Positions 34,661-44,377 of a DNA stretch of 64,000 bases are shown here, piece after piece (the first letter of the stretch is position 1; the number at the start of each line of letters is the position of its first letter). The position numbers and the translations under genes are program-made. Location: positions 1 through 64,000 of IMG/VR virus record IMGVR_UViG_3300027969_000074, one strand, 5' to 3'. This DNA comes from a virus. The notes under the pieces are model-generated. The model had not been told where the DNA came from, searched no databases, and was given only the letters and a program-made list of their open reading frames with translations.

Positions 34661-36604
34661 TTATATACCAGCTATCAGATTTATATTTTGAACGCGGTCC
34701 TCTCGCATTGGGCTATCAGCTGCTATTTTTATACCGGACGCCAATCGTGCTCTTAAATTATCATTTTCAGATATTAAGGTTTGAATGGTTGTATTTAAAC
34801 CAGCAATTGTTATTGCTGGATCATTAAGTAGTGCATTTTTTGCAGCCTCTGTAGCTTTTAAAATATTTGCATAGTCGCTAGATGGTAACCATTTACCAGT
34901 ATATAAAAGAGTTTCGGTACCATCTTCTGCAATTAATGATATATACATCATTTGGTCAGTTAGGTCCAAAATCTTTCTAGCTTGATCCTTAGGTATTCTA
35001 AATGCAATTTGACCTTGGCTAGGGTTTTCAAATGCTGGGTCAACTAATGACGAATATGAATATTTTGCATCTGACCCGAAATTAAGGACAAACTTTGAAT
35101 TATTATTTAGATTAGCTGGAGTTTGAGTGCCTGGGTTCAAAACGTTCTCTTCATATACCCCAATCTTTATAAAATTATCAGTTGGGTCTATTGGTATAAT
35201 TAATTCGCCTTGTCCATAAATTAATTCAGCTGAACCGTCGGTTGCTCTTAATAGTGCATTCTTTTGACTTATTCGGATATTTGCCTGTTTATAAAAAGTT
35301 GGAACGGCTACTTGCACAGGTCTATCAATATAGGTAATAGTACCTGGTGCAGCGCCGGCTGCCGCTACTGGTGCTAATTTTTTACCAGTAAATAAGTTAG
35401 TAATATCAATACTTTTTTGAACAATTTTGTTGTATACCTTTAATGATTGGGGAGCTTCAGCTAATTGAAGTTTTGCCAAGTGTTTACCGTACTTATTAGG
35501 ATTAAACAAGCTCATAGAGCCAGTTCGAATAACTTGATCTCCAGTATTTTTATTTAAGAGCCTAAGAGTATAGTCAATTGACATGGATACGGCAAAGCCG
35601 GCTTCTTTTAAAATAGGCCTATAACTTAAAGGTACATCAAAATTCTCTTCTTGATATACTAGAAAATTACCAGAAGGTACTACATTACCGCCAATTTGCT
35701 CGTATACTTGAAGTTGGTGTACAAAGATCCAATCATTTCCTGAACCTTGAGAATCGAGAGTTGAAATTAATTGATCCGGAAATGCTCCATTCCATGTTGC
35801 AAAAAATTCAATATAGTCGCCGTCTGTTGCTTCTTGAATAACTGCGCCTAAACTATCAAATTCGTTAGTTTGAGGAACTGAACCTTCAAAATAAGAAACA
35901 ACTCGATATAAATTATAAATTTCGCCGTTATCTGCATAATACGGTTCATAACTTACTTCAGCTAGAGATACGGTAATTGGAGAACCTGCAATTAAACCAG
36001 TTCCTTCAGTTACAACCGATTCAAATGAATCTATTCCGAATTGAGCGAAGTCAGCATCTAGATAGGCAGAGTTTGGAACTTTAATATCAACATACTTATC
36101 ATAAATAGTATTTGCTAAAAATAGAGGTCTAGTGTTGAAGGTTAAAAGCTCTTGATATGATTCGGCATTAATTAAAACATTTGCTGTTTGGAGTTGTTTT
36201 AAATTATTTAGTTTTACTCTTGCGCCAACTACAATATTTTCAACCTCTGTAAAATTAAATCCAGAAGCAAAATGGAATCGCATAGTGTCCATAACTAGCG
36301 CACTTGATAAACTTGGAGATACGCTAGATTCTATAATATTTGGATCGTATGCAGTATATATTGGATTTGATGTTAGGTCAACTTTAACAAATCTAGATTC
36401 TCCAATTGGTACAACACTTGAACCTCTAGCATTTTTAGTAGCTGCTGCATCTGCATCTGTATTATAAATCTGATAGAGATCTACATTATTATTCTTAACA
36501 AAATAGTAATCAGAATTAACGATATTAGGAGAAGGATCCCCAAGCGGAGTCATCATAAACTCTAATATGCAATAGTCAGATAGGGTTACAAATCTAGAAG
36601 TCAT
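34661..36604 (-). CDS. Hypothetical virion structural protein
   Basis: 647 aa, beta-rich composition, in the morphogenesis block. Confidence 0.55.
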   Translation of the reverse strand: MTSRFVTLSDYCILEFMMTPLGDPSPNIVNSDYYFVKNNNVDLYQIYNTDADAAATKNARGSSVVPIGESRFVKVDLTSNPIYTAYDPNIIESSVSPSLSSALVMDTMRFHFASGFNFTEVENIVVGARVKLNNLKQLQTANVLINAESYQELLTFNTRPLFLANTIYDKYVDIKVPNSAYLDADFAQFGIDSFESVVTEGTGLIAGSPITVSLAEVSYEPYYADNGEIYNLYRVVSYFEGSVPQTNEFDSLGAVIQEATDGDYIEFFATWNGAFPDQLISTLDSQGSGNDWIFVHQLQVYEQIGGNVVPSGNFLVYQEENFDVPLSYRPILKEAGFAVSMSIDYTLRLLNKNTGDQVIRTGSMSLFNPNKYGKHLAKLQLAEAPQSLKVYNKIVQKSIDITNLFTGKKLAPVAAAGAAPGTITYIDRPVQVAVPTFYKQANIRISQKNALLRATDGSAELIYGQGELIIPIDPTDNFIKIGVYEENVLNPGTQTPANLNNNSKFVLNFGSDAKYSYSSLVDPAFENPSQGQIAFRIPKDQARKILDLTDQMMYISLIAEDGTETLLYTGKWLPSSDYANILKATEAAKNALLNDPAITIAGLNTTIQTLISENDNLRARLASGIKIAADSPMREDRVQNINLIAGI

Positions 36605-36616
36605 TGTTTTTAATTG

Positions 36617-37249
36617 TTATTTCTTTAGCTTAATTTTCCAGTAAATACTTCCTTGAATTGAGAGTGTTTTACTAGCAGAGTAGCCAACTCCTATGCTGTA
36701 TATTTTATCACTTTTTGTTTTTAATAATATTGATGGGCCAATAAAATTAACTACATTTATTTTATCAAAACCTCCACTCAAACCAATATATACTTGATTT
36801 TTAGGAAGTTCTTTAACTATTACAGTTTCCTTAATTTTGATTTTATTTACTTGGGCCTTCCACATTCTTCCCAATACTGAATTTTGAGAAACGGTATCAT
36901 TAACTATAATGTAGCCTAATGAATCTGCTAACCGTAATGTATCAATATAAACCTTTTTTGAATAGTAGTCATTAAGCACGGCAATCGTATCAATTGATAG
37001 AGGAAGTTTAATGTATACGGGTTTTTCATGGTAAATATCTTTACCCTTTTTATAAACTATTGTATCCTTTGGTATGTATACAGTATCAATTGTATGCTTA
37101 AGTAATTCGTATTTTTTACCATCCACTTTAATTATATCTACTGATTTAACCCCAGTACCATCACATGCTCTCATTAATATAATAATGATAATTAATACAA
37201 TTATCGCTAATGTTTTAAAGTCAAGCTTAAGTAAGTTCCTAATGTTCAT
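36617..37249 (-). CDS. Membrane-anchored protein, possibly spanin-like
   Basis: N-terminal TM ending LMRAC; DTVY/DTIV repeats; C-terminal amphipathic beta strands ending YWKI. Confidence 0.45.
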   Translation of the reverse strand: MNIRNLLKLDFKTLAIIVLIIIIILMRACDGTGVKSVDIIKVDGKKYELLKHTIDTVYIPKDTIVYKKGKDIYHEKPVYIKLPLSIDTIAVLNDYYSKKVYIDTLRLADSLGYIIVNDTVSQNSVLGRMWKAQVNKIKIKETVIVKELPKNQVYIGLSGGFDKINVVNFIGPSILLKTKSDKIYSIGVGYSASKTLSIQGSIYWKIKLKK

Positions 37250-37469
37250 TCAAGTTCAGCATAATTTTATAATAATCAGGGGCTTTGCCAGTTTCCTCTA
37301 CTATTTTATCTATTAGGGCTTTCTCCTTTAGTCGGTTAGAGTCTAGTGCATGTATTAACTCGTTCTTTCTAACCTCTAATAGATTTGCCATTTTCTCTAA
37401 TTCAGATAAGCCGGCATTTATTTTATCGTATTCAGTTACGATTTCTTTTATTTCAGTTAAATATTCCAT
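37239..37469 (-). CDS. Small coiled-coil hypothetical protein
   Basis: 76 aa, coupled to both neighbours. Confidence 0.5.
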   Translation of the reverse strand: MEYLTEIKEIVTEYDKINAGLSELEKMANLLEVRKNELIHALDSNRLKEKALIDKIVEETGKAPDYYKIMLNLNEH

Positions 37470-38626
37470 TATTGATATTCAAGTTTTACTTTGATTTTGC
37501 CAGACATAAGAGCCGCATAAATTCCCTGTATATAAAAATCGCTACTTTGTGGAGATTGAGCTAAGTTCTTGGGTTGAGAAATTTGTTCCGGTTGGTTGGT
37601 TTGTCCAGCCATTTGATTAATTACAGTCTTTGAACTTTGATCAATTTTAGTACCTTCATTAGTAACTGAGCTTGATGAACTTGTTTGGGGATTCATCGAG
37701 GTAACTGATGAACTTAGGTTATTTACCGCAGCTGGTAAATCTTTTGATAGTTTACCTACACTATTTTCTAATGTTTTATCAGGTTCCAATAATTTCTTTA
37801 CACTCGCTGATTCAACTAACTTATTTGATTTTACATTAACTGAATTCTTGGTATTAGTTTCAGTAGTTGTAGTTTTATCAGTGATTGTATTTTTTTCAGA
37901 AGTGGAAGGTATTCCCAGTAAAGTATTTAGCATTGACTCATTTATCTTGGTCTGCTCATCTTCTTTAGTTGAGGTTGATTGATTATCTACTGTCGATTTA
38001 AGGATATTTGAAATCTTAGAATTAATTGATTCCTTTATTTTATTTACCGAAGTTAAAATCTTTGAGTTCTGATTAATTGCAGGTATTTCATCTTTGCTTA
38101 CTGAGTTGGGTACACCCATCAGAGTCTCAAGCATTTTACTGGTAGAATCAGATACAGAAGTTGAGCTAGCGGTCTTTTCTAAAATAGAGTCCTTTAACAC
38201 CTTTGTTAAATTTACTATATTATTTGAATTATCAGCCGACTCTGATTTAGCATTAGTAATATTGTTAGTAATTGCAGTATTTGTAATTGACGCAGGTTGC
38301 CCAGGTATTTGGATAGCTGGAGCAATTGCTGAGTCTGTAACTTTTCCAGTAGTTGCAGCAATTGAGCTAAGGGGTTGAGGCGAGGTTAATTTAGGCTCAT
38401 CTACTGGTTTTAGAGAAGGCTGTTCAATTTGAGTTGATTTAATTACTGGTTCAACTTGATAGTCAGTAGCCTTTCTTAATACTTCAGCATTTAACGTAAT
38501 TTCACTAATTGGTATTCTTAGCTTATCGTTCTTAGAAAGAGCAGCTATTTCCAAAACAAAACCATTACTAACTGCATTGGATGCAGAATCAGTACCAGAA
38601 TAGTCAATATCTTTGTAGTTTTCCAA
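37469..38626 (-). CDS. Ser/Thr/Asn-rich low-complexity protein (baseplate/tape-associated?)
   Basis: TTG start, 18 nt downstream of the late motif at 38645-38652. Confidence 0.5.
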   Translation of the reverse strand: MENYKDIDYSGTDSASNAVSNGFVLEIAALSKNDKLRIPISEITLNAEVLRKATDYQVEPVIKSTQIEQPSLKPVDEPKLTSPQPLSSIAATTGKVTDSAIAPAIQIPGQPASITNTAITNNITNAKSESADNSNNIVNLTKVLKDSILEKTASSTSVSDSTSKMLETLMGVPNSVSKDEIPAINQNSKILTSVNKIKESINSKISNILKSTVDNQSTSTKEDEQTKINESMLNTLLGIPSTSEKNTITDKTTTTETNTKNSVNVKSNKLVESASVKKLLEPDKTLENSVGKLSKDLPAAVNNLSSSVTSMNPQTSSSSSVTNEGTKIDQSSKTVINQMAGQTNQPEQISQPKNLAQSPQSSDFYIQGIYAALMSGKIKVKLEYQ

Positions 38627-38653
38627 AATAATTAATCCTTTTGGTTATTTATT

Positions 38654-38690
38654 AAAAAAAGAAGGACTTGAGAGAGTTAATCATCAAGTC
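38654..38690 (-). terminator. Intrinsic terminator
   Basis: Minus strand GGACTTGA...TCAAGTCC-TTC-T7. Confidence 0.65.
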
Positions 38691-38847
38691 CAGTCTGAAT
38701 TTCAAAAGTTTGCTGGTTATTTTCACCAGATTCATTTACTAAAAATTTAACGTAACTTAAATATTCATATAATGGTAATGAATAAAGTTCGTTGATCGAT
38801 TGGTTCAGCTTCACGGCCAAGAGACGGTTAGTCTCAAATAAGTTCAT
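38677..38847 (-). CDS. Baseplate hub assembly small protein (T4-like gp51-type)
   Basis: MNLFETN..L......S.NEL..LP.YEY..Y; follows a gp26-like gene. Confidence 0.55.
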   Translation of the reverse strand: MNLFETNRLLAVKLNQSINELYSLPLYEYLSYVKFLVNESGENNQQTFEIQTGLDD

Positions 38848-39862
38848 TAAGTCTACCTGAAATAAGGAAAAGATCTTTGATCGTGAAGCTGTCTGACGAA
38901 AAAATTGAACTGGATAATATTGATCCACATTTAGGGCAGACAGTAGTTAGGGCACTTTCTCTTGAACCTTGCATTAGTTCAGCAAACTTAGTAACAAATG
39001 TAAATTTGTTAAGGTGCCAGCCAAAGGTTTCAGATTGAATTGATGCATATTCAGGTTGACCAAATTTAGACCAATCCTGTACAAGATAAGGCGCAATTTT
39101 AATAAATGACTTATCGATTGTTTTACCCTGGGCTTTAGCTTCAGAAATTCGTTTACGAAGTCTTTCAATTACACCAAGGGTTGGCATATACAAATAAAAA
39201 GTCTCATTTAATTTTGGAGAAACTACTTCAAAACAGCGATATTGCGCAGAATACCATTGGTTAATTTCTTCAGGCATTTCAAATAACTGTAACATAGTAC
39301 TCTTAACTTTAACATCATCTGACCAACCGCCGTCTTCAGAACAGGTTTGAGTACACTCCATTTTTGTGGAAAGTTCATTTTGTCCTTCAGGAAAAGTAAT
39401 TTCATGGATTATAAAAATAATATAGAGACGATCGACTTCAACAATATCTCTCCAAGTTAACCAAGATTGACCACCTTTAATTTTAAATCTGGTACACTTT
39501 TCAATAATAAAATTTAATTTATCATCAATGTCCAATACGTCAGACTCATCAATAGTAGACCATTGTCTGATTTCAGAAACAGTTGCTGCTCTAATTGTTA
39601 ATTCTGAACCGTCTGCATAGAACATACCCTTCGATGGCAAATTCTCTAATGGAATATTTTTCCAATAATTATCGTTTGCGCCAGAAACAGTTGAAATAGG
39701 TTGAAGTGAAATTGCTTGACCTAAACTGTTTATTGAAGAACCTGGTTCAACTGGTTTAGAATTGATTTGTCCATTTGTATTTTTGCCGTACTTTGCATCT
39801 TCCTTTTCTAAAAAGGCCAATGCTTCATCCTCCACAATCGGAGTGTTAGTGTCTTCTGCCAT
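38834..39862 (-). CDS. Baseplate hub assembly protein (T4 gp26-like)
   Basis: LPSKG.FY, IR..TV.E, DR.YI...I, CxxxC and CPKCG. Confidence 0.65.
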   Translation of the reverse strand: MAEDTNTPIVEDEALAFLEKEDAKYGKNTNGQINSKPVEPGSSINSLGQAISLQPISTVSGANDNYWKNIPLENLPSKGMFYADGSELTIRAATVSEIRQWSTIDESDVLDIDDKLNFIIEKCTRFKIKGGQSWLTWRDIVEVDRLYIIFIIHEITFPEGQNELSTKMECTQTCSEDGGWSDDVKVKSTMLQLFEMPEEINQWYSAQYRCFEVVSPKLNETFYLYMPTLGVIERLRKRISEAKAQGKTIDKSFIKIAPYLVQDWSKFGQPEYASIQSETFGWHLNKFTFVTKFAELMQGSRESALTTVCPKCGSILSSSIFSSDSFTIKDLFLISGRLNELI

Positions 39863-39882
39863 TAAATACTTTGTTTATTAAA

Positions 39883-40335
39883 TTATATCAAAAACTCTAG
39901 AAAGGTTTTTGCTAGATGTGAATTGGACTCATTCAGTTTAGATAGAGTCTCTGGATAAACCTCAACTAATTTCATTGAATTAGTATCTCTAATGAAAGCC
40001 CTAATTGTTTTGTGCTTAGTATCGATTTTAAAACTATCGAATTTTCCAATAATACTATCTGGATTACCTTTGGCATTTTTAAAGGTTGAGTTAACAACTA
40101 CTCCTCCAATGCGTGAACCTTTTTTAAATAAGTTATTAAGCTTCTTTATTTCTTGGTCAAAATCATCAACTTCAATTTGTTGAGGTAATGATAGATCGGA
40201 TAGAGGTAATAGATGAACTGATATACCGTTTGTAAAACCGCTACGATTTGACACAAAGCTAAAGTCACCTCTTCCGTAAAAAGGCAGGCCTTTCATTGCT
40301 TGTTGTCTTTGACCGAAGGTTAATACTGGTACCAT
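39883..40335 (-). CDS. Hypothetical protein with C-terminal targeting-like peptide
   Basis: Ends KLNESNSHLAKTFLEFLI. Confidence 0.55.
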   Translation of the reverse strand: MVPVLTFGQRQQAMKGLPFYGRGDFSFVSNRSGFTNGISVHLLPLSDLSLPQQIEVDDFDQEIKKLNNLFKKGSRIGGVVVNSTFKNAKGNPDSIIGKFDSFKIDTKHKTIRAFIRDTNSMKLVEVYPETLSKLNESNSHLAKTFLEFLI

Positions 40336-40667
40336 TATCTGCTAAAAGTAGAAGGAATTGCAAGTAGTACTACTGTAACTCCACTATCGACTGTTATTTT
40401 TGAAATTACTGAATAGAATGTATCACCGGCATTAAGTCTAATATCTACTCCATCTCCAGTTATTCCCTGGGCCGCAGTTTTTACATTTACCGAAATTGCT
40501 GAACTGCCTGGATTATGAATTCCAAAAAATGTATCAGTATAATAGCCTACTCCAGTATCTAAATCAGTAATATTTCTAGAACTTTGATTAACAAAGACTG
40601 GCGTATAATCAGTTCCATTATCTGCATCTGTGTGGGTTTTTAAAATTTTAGCAATAGTATTATTCAT
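40335..40667 (-). CDS. Hypothetical beta-rich structural protein
   Basis: 110-aa ORF in the late operon. Confidence 0.5.
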   Translation of the reverse strand: MNNTIAKILKTHTDADNGTDYTPVFVNQSSRNITDLDTGVGYYTDTFFGIHNPGSSAISVNVKTAAQGITGDGVDIRLNAGDTFYSVISKITVDSGVTVVLLAIPSTFSR

Positions 40668-40682
40668 TTGGTTTTAATATTT

Positions 40683-41402
40683 TTAGCAAGCACAATTGTT
40701 TGGATCGTTATTGCTTTTTACATAGACTATTAAACCTGATACCTTAATACTGAAATTAGGATTAGGATTAGTTATCTCTATCTTATTTATTAGGTTATTT
40801 GCGTTAAGTGTCTCAGGGTTACTGAAATGAGAAAAGAATTGAGAAACCGGTAAAGTAATATCGCTGATTGCGCCATTATTAAAAGCTCCTAATAATATGT
40901 TACTTGACATGTTTGCTGGAAGAACAGTTTCTCCCATTTTATCAGTCTTTGGATACTCGATATACAATAGACAGCCTCGGCTATAGGTTTTATCGTTTGT
41001 TAAAATATAATATTCTGGAGATAAATTGGTACCAGCATGAGGAATACGCTCGGTGTTTAACCCAAATGGATAGTCTAGGTCAACTGAAATAAAATCGCCT
41101 GGATGAGCTGGGTCTGGATCCCCTGGAATAACTGAGCTAATTTGATTCCCTAAATCATTATCAAACACTGATAAAGTATCGCCTGCGCAAACTTCAAAGT
41201 TAATTACTTGATAACTATCAACTGGATAAAGAAAGTCCTTTAGATTACATAAGCTTGCTTCAGACTGCCCTTTATTGTAGATATTAAAACATTTGTCTAA
41301 TAACTTTAAGACCTTTTTAGTTGGGTCACCTGCACATAGATTCGCAAAAGAATTATTAAATCTTTTTGCAATTGGATCATCTTGAAAATTAATATAGGCC
41401 AT
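40683..41402 (-). CDS. Hypothetical structural protein
   Basis: 239-aa ORF in the late operon. Confidence 0.5.
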   Translation of the reverse strand: MAYINFQDDPIAKRFNNSFANLCAGDPTKKVLKLLDKCFNIYNKGQSEASLCNLKDFLYPVDSYQVINFEVCAGDTLSVFDNDLGNQISSVIPGDPDPAHPGDFISVDLDYPFGLNTERIPHAGTNLSPEYYILTNDKTYSRGCLLYIEYPKTDKMGETVLPANMSSNILLGAFNNGAISDITLPVSQFFSHFSNPETLNANNLINKIEITNPNPNFSIKVSGLIVYVKSNNDPNNCAC

Positions 41403-41417
41403 TCATAGTAGACTTTT

Positions 41418-42191
41418 TTAAGGACGATCGTTAAACATTATTTTACCAGAACCTGGATTACTCCCTCTAGCTAATTCTTTGTCTATTTTTCGTTCTCTTT
41501 GTATATTATTATCTACCTTAGGTTCTTCCGCAATTTCTTGAACATCAACTGCAGTTTTAGAAACCTCATTTAGGTCAGGTTCATTAATTTCAGCTGGTTT
41601 AACATCCGGCATTTCAATACTGATTTTAGAAAGATATGACGGTTCAGCTGGTTGAGTAGTAGTTTCAACCGGCTGTTCAGCTATAATAGCTGGAGTTTCT
41701 TTAGCTACTTGAGTAACGGCATCAGTAATTTGAGGATTAACAATCTCACCTACTTTATTATCAGGTTTAATATAGTCAACTAATGATTTAATAAATCCAA
41801 GTGCAACAATTGGTAAAATTGCGCCGCTTACAATAGACAGAACTCGTTTTTGATAAATTAGCTCTTCCTCAACTAGTCCAAATAATTCTATCCAACCTTG
41901 GAAATTGGTTAAATGAACGTATGCGTAATACATATTTCCCATTGCCTGCATTGCAGTCAATAGTATGAAAAGTCCCCAAACAATACCCTTATTCATTTTA
42001 TCAAGGGTAATAATTGAGGCAAGTGACGCTGCTGCTCCAACCTCAAATGCAATTGCTAGACTTATTGCTAGCCACTTAGGATTAGACATGCTAAAGAAAT
42101 CAATAACGTGAATTGTTGAAATTATTGAAACTAGCAAGTATAACGTAACAAACGTACCTATTATAAAATAACTAACTGCCTTCTTGCTCAT
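41418..42191 (-). CDS. Four-TM membrane protein with cytoplasmic tail
   Basis: Four hydrophobic helices; S..H, LAIAFE.G and GN motifs. Confidence 0.65.
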   Translation of the reverse strand: MSKKAVSYFIIGTFVTLYLLVSIISTIHVIDFFSMSNPKWLAISLAIAFEVGAAASLASIITLDKMNKGIVWGLFILLTAMQAMGNMYYAYVHLTNFQGWIELFGLVEEELIYQKRVLSIVSGAILPIVALGFIKSLVDYIKPDNKVGEIVNPQITDAVTQVAKETPAIIAEQPVETTTQPAEPSYLSKISIEMPDVKPAEINEPDLNEVSKTAVDVQEIAEEPKVDNNIQRERKIDKELARGSNPGSGKIMFNDRP

Positions 42192-42481
42192 TATTTAGCA
42201 GATTCTAATTTTTTAATTTCTGAATCAATTTCAGATTGACGATTAACATCAAGGATTTTACGATCAGTCGATTGGATCATGCGTTTTTCAGCTTTTAATC
42301 CTTCAATTTCGAGGTACTTATTAAGCTCTTTAGTAGTACAAATTGAATCTAGTTGAGAATTTGTAATTTTTTCCTGTTTTTCAATTTTAGAAAGTCTACT
42401 GGAATTATTACATTGTTGAACAAACACTATTAGCATAAATGCCAATATAAATTTTTCAAAATGAAGTTTAATAAAATTCAT
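42191..42481 (-). CDS. Membrane-anchored coiled-coil protein
   Basis: N-terminal TM ending VQQC; late motif at 42502-42509. Confidence 0.55.
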   Translation of the reverse strand: MNFIKLHFEKFILAFMLIVFVQQCNNSSRLSKIEKQEKITNSQLDSICTTKELNKYLEIEGLKAEKRMIQSTDRKILDVNRQSEIDSEIKKLESAK

Positions 42482-42509
42482 GGTTAAAATATCTTTTTTG
42501 GTTATTTAT

Positions 42510-43016
42510 TTACTTGGTAGTTAGTTTATTTGTTATCCACAGTTGCACATCAGCATTATTGTGATAAACCCATAGCCCGGTGCTAATTGCATAATATAAA
42601 GCAGCACCAAACACGATAACTCTAAAGAAATCTGATCTTTCTGAGAAAACTTTACACTTTACCCAAACTAAATAGGCATAATAATCAGCAGATTTAATCC
42701 GTTTGGTTGAAATATCAACTATTTCAGTAAGATTTAGGTCTGCAAATTTATTTTGAAATTTAGCAACTGAGTCAAATACTCTACTTTTTTCAAGATCAAT
42801 TAAATCGCCAGTTGCCAATAGGGTTTCTGGCTCCAAGTTAATAACATAATATACACGCTTGAGTAAATCAGCTCTCATTTTAAAGCCTTTAATAAAACCT
42901 GACTCTTCCAGCTCAGTTATTTTCTTTCTATAAAAAAGATAATTGCTGATGTCTTTTGCAATTAATTTAGCTGACCTAAATGCATCAACTGGGTTTAAAT
43001 AGTTAAGTAGTTTCAT
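42510..43016 (-). CDS. Hypothetical protein with C-terminal TM
   Basis: 168-aa ORF. Confidence 0.5.
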   Translation of the reverse strand: MKLLNYLNPVDAFRSAKLIAKDISNYLFYRKKITELEESGFIKGFKMRADLLKRVYYVINLEPETLLATGDLIDLEKSRVFDSVAKFQNKFADLNLTEIVDISTKRIKSADYYAYLVWVKCKVFSERSDFFRVIVFGAALYYAISTGLWVYHNNADVQLWITNKLTTK

Positions 43017-43018
43017 AA

Positions 43019-43645
43019 TTAAAAATATTCTTCGAGTTTATCGACCATGTGTGGGTTTTTAGTTAACACAGCCTCTTTTAACATTTTACGAGCTTTTCTG
43101 ATTTTGGTTTTAACCGTATTCAAATTCATTTCGTATTTCTCAGCAATCTCATTACCTCGCATATGATGCAATTCCTTATCAATTAATATTGATTTTTCAA
43201 TACATTCAGGCAAAGCATTAATTTCAAATCTAGTCATATTATATAAATCATCGAAGTACACTTCTTTTTCAAAAGTATAGGCTGAATCATCTAATATATT
43301 TAAAGGTTTTGTTAAATTATCTAGGCTTGTTGCATATTGTTGTTTTAATTTATGCTGATGAAGTAGTGCTTCATTTTTTGCAATTGTGTAAATCCAGGTC
43401 GTAAATCGATAGTTATCGCTATAAGACGCAATTCCTTTAAATATTTTAAAAAGGGTGTTGTGTAACACCTCATCAGTTTCATCCGAATCATTAAAAAATT
43501 TCCAAATAAAATATTTTAACTTTGGATACATAATTGAGGCTAGTCGGTTCCGATCTTTTTCTGTGTATTTACCTGACTTAATAATTTCAGCCAGGCTTTG
43601 CATTTCGTCGTTTAATTGCTTATTCAGTAGATCGTATGCGCTCAT
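43019..43645 (-). CDS. RNA polymerase sigma-70 family (ECF-like) sigma factor
   Basis: Region 2 F.TWIYTIAKNEAL; region 4 EIAE.Y.MN.NTVKTKIRKARK.L. Confidence 0.9.
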   Translation of the reverse strand: MSAYDLLNKQLNDEMQSLAEIIKSGKYTEKDRNRLASIMYPKLKYFIWKFFNDSDETDEVLHNTLFKIFKGIASYSDNYRFTTWIYTIAKNEALLHQHKLKQQYATSLDNLTKPLNILDDSAYTFEKEVYFDDLYNMTRFEINALPECIEKSILIDKELHHMRGNEIAEKYEMNLNTVKTKIRKARKMLKEAVLTKNPHMVDKLEEYF

Positions 43646-43654
43646 TTAATTAGT

Positions 43655-44377
43655 TTAGTTGGTGTATTTATTGGGGTTTGCAGATTTCCATTTATCATAT
43701 CTTTCGGTTATCTGAATTAGTATTTTATTTCTCACAATATCTTCGTCTTTAAATGTATGCACACTTAACCCATTGATTCCGCTAAGCAATTCAATAAAAT
43801 CAGGTAAAGCTACTTTACTCTTTGCTATATCATATTGGCTTACGTCTCCACATATTAATACCTTAGAATCTTTACCCATCCTAGTAATGAATAGCATTAA
43901 CTGTTTAAAATCAGCATTTTGAGCTTCATCTAAAATCATTAAACAATTATCAAATGTTGCACCTCTCATATAGGCAAGAGGCCTAAATTCAATAATTCCA
44001 GTTGCTTCTAACCAACCAACATTATTAGGATCATTTAATAATTTTACCAAATTAGATCGATAACTTTCCATAAATGGATCAATTTTATCCTTTATTTCTC
44101 CCGGCAAGAATCCAAGCTTCTCTCCAGACTCCTGAATTGGTTTAGATAAGATAATTTTTTTAATTTTTCCACCTAGGTAAAGTTTGAGTGCAGCTAAGCA
44201 TGCAGTAAAAGTTTTACTTGTACCTGCTGGTCCATAACACAAAGTGATGTCACTAGACATGATCTTTTGTAAATAATCGGACTGCGAAGGTTTTAAATTA
44301 ATTTGCCTTAACTCTTTTTCAGTTAATTCAGGTTTAAACGATTGAGCCTTTCTTTTTGATTGTAGTTTTTCAGCCAT
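43655..44377 (-). CDS. phoH: PhoH-like ATPase
   Basis: GPAGTSKT, LGFLPG, AYMRG.TF, LDEAQN, GD..Q.D; likely start MAEK at 44377. Confidence 0.95.
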   Translation of the reverse strand: MAEKLQSKRKAQSFKPELTEKELRQINLKPSQSDYLQKIMSSDITLCYGPAGTSKTFTACLAALKLYLGGKIKKIILSKPIQESGEKLGFLPGEIKDKIDPFMESYRSNLVKLLNDPNNVGWLEATGIIEFRPLAYMRGATFDNCLMILDEAQNADFKQLMLFITRMGKDSKVLICGDVSQYDIAKSKVALPDFIELLSGINGLSVHTFKDEDIVRNKILIQITERYDKWKSANPNKYTN

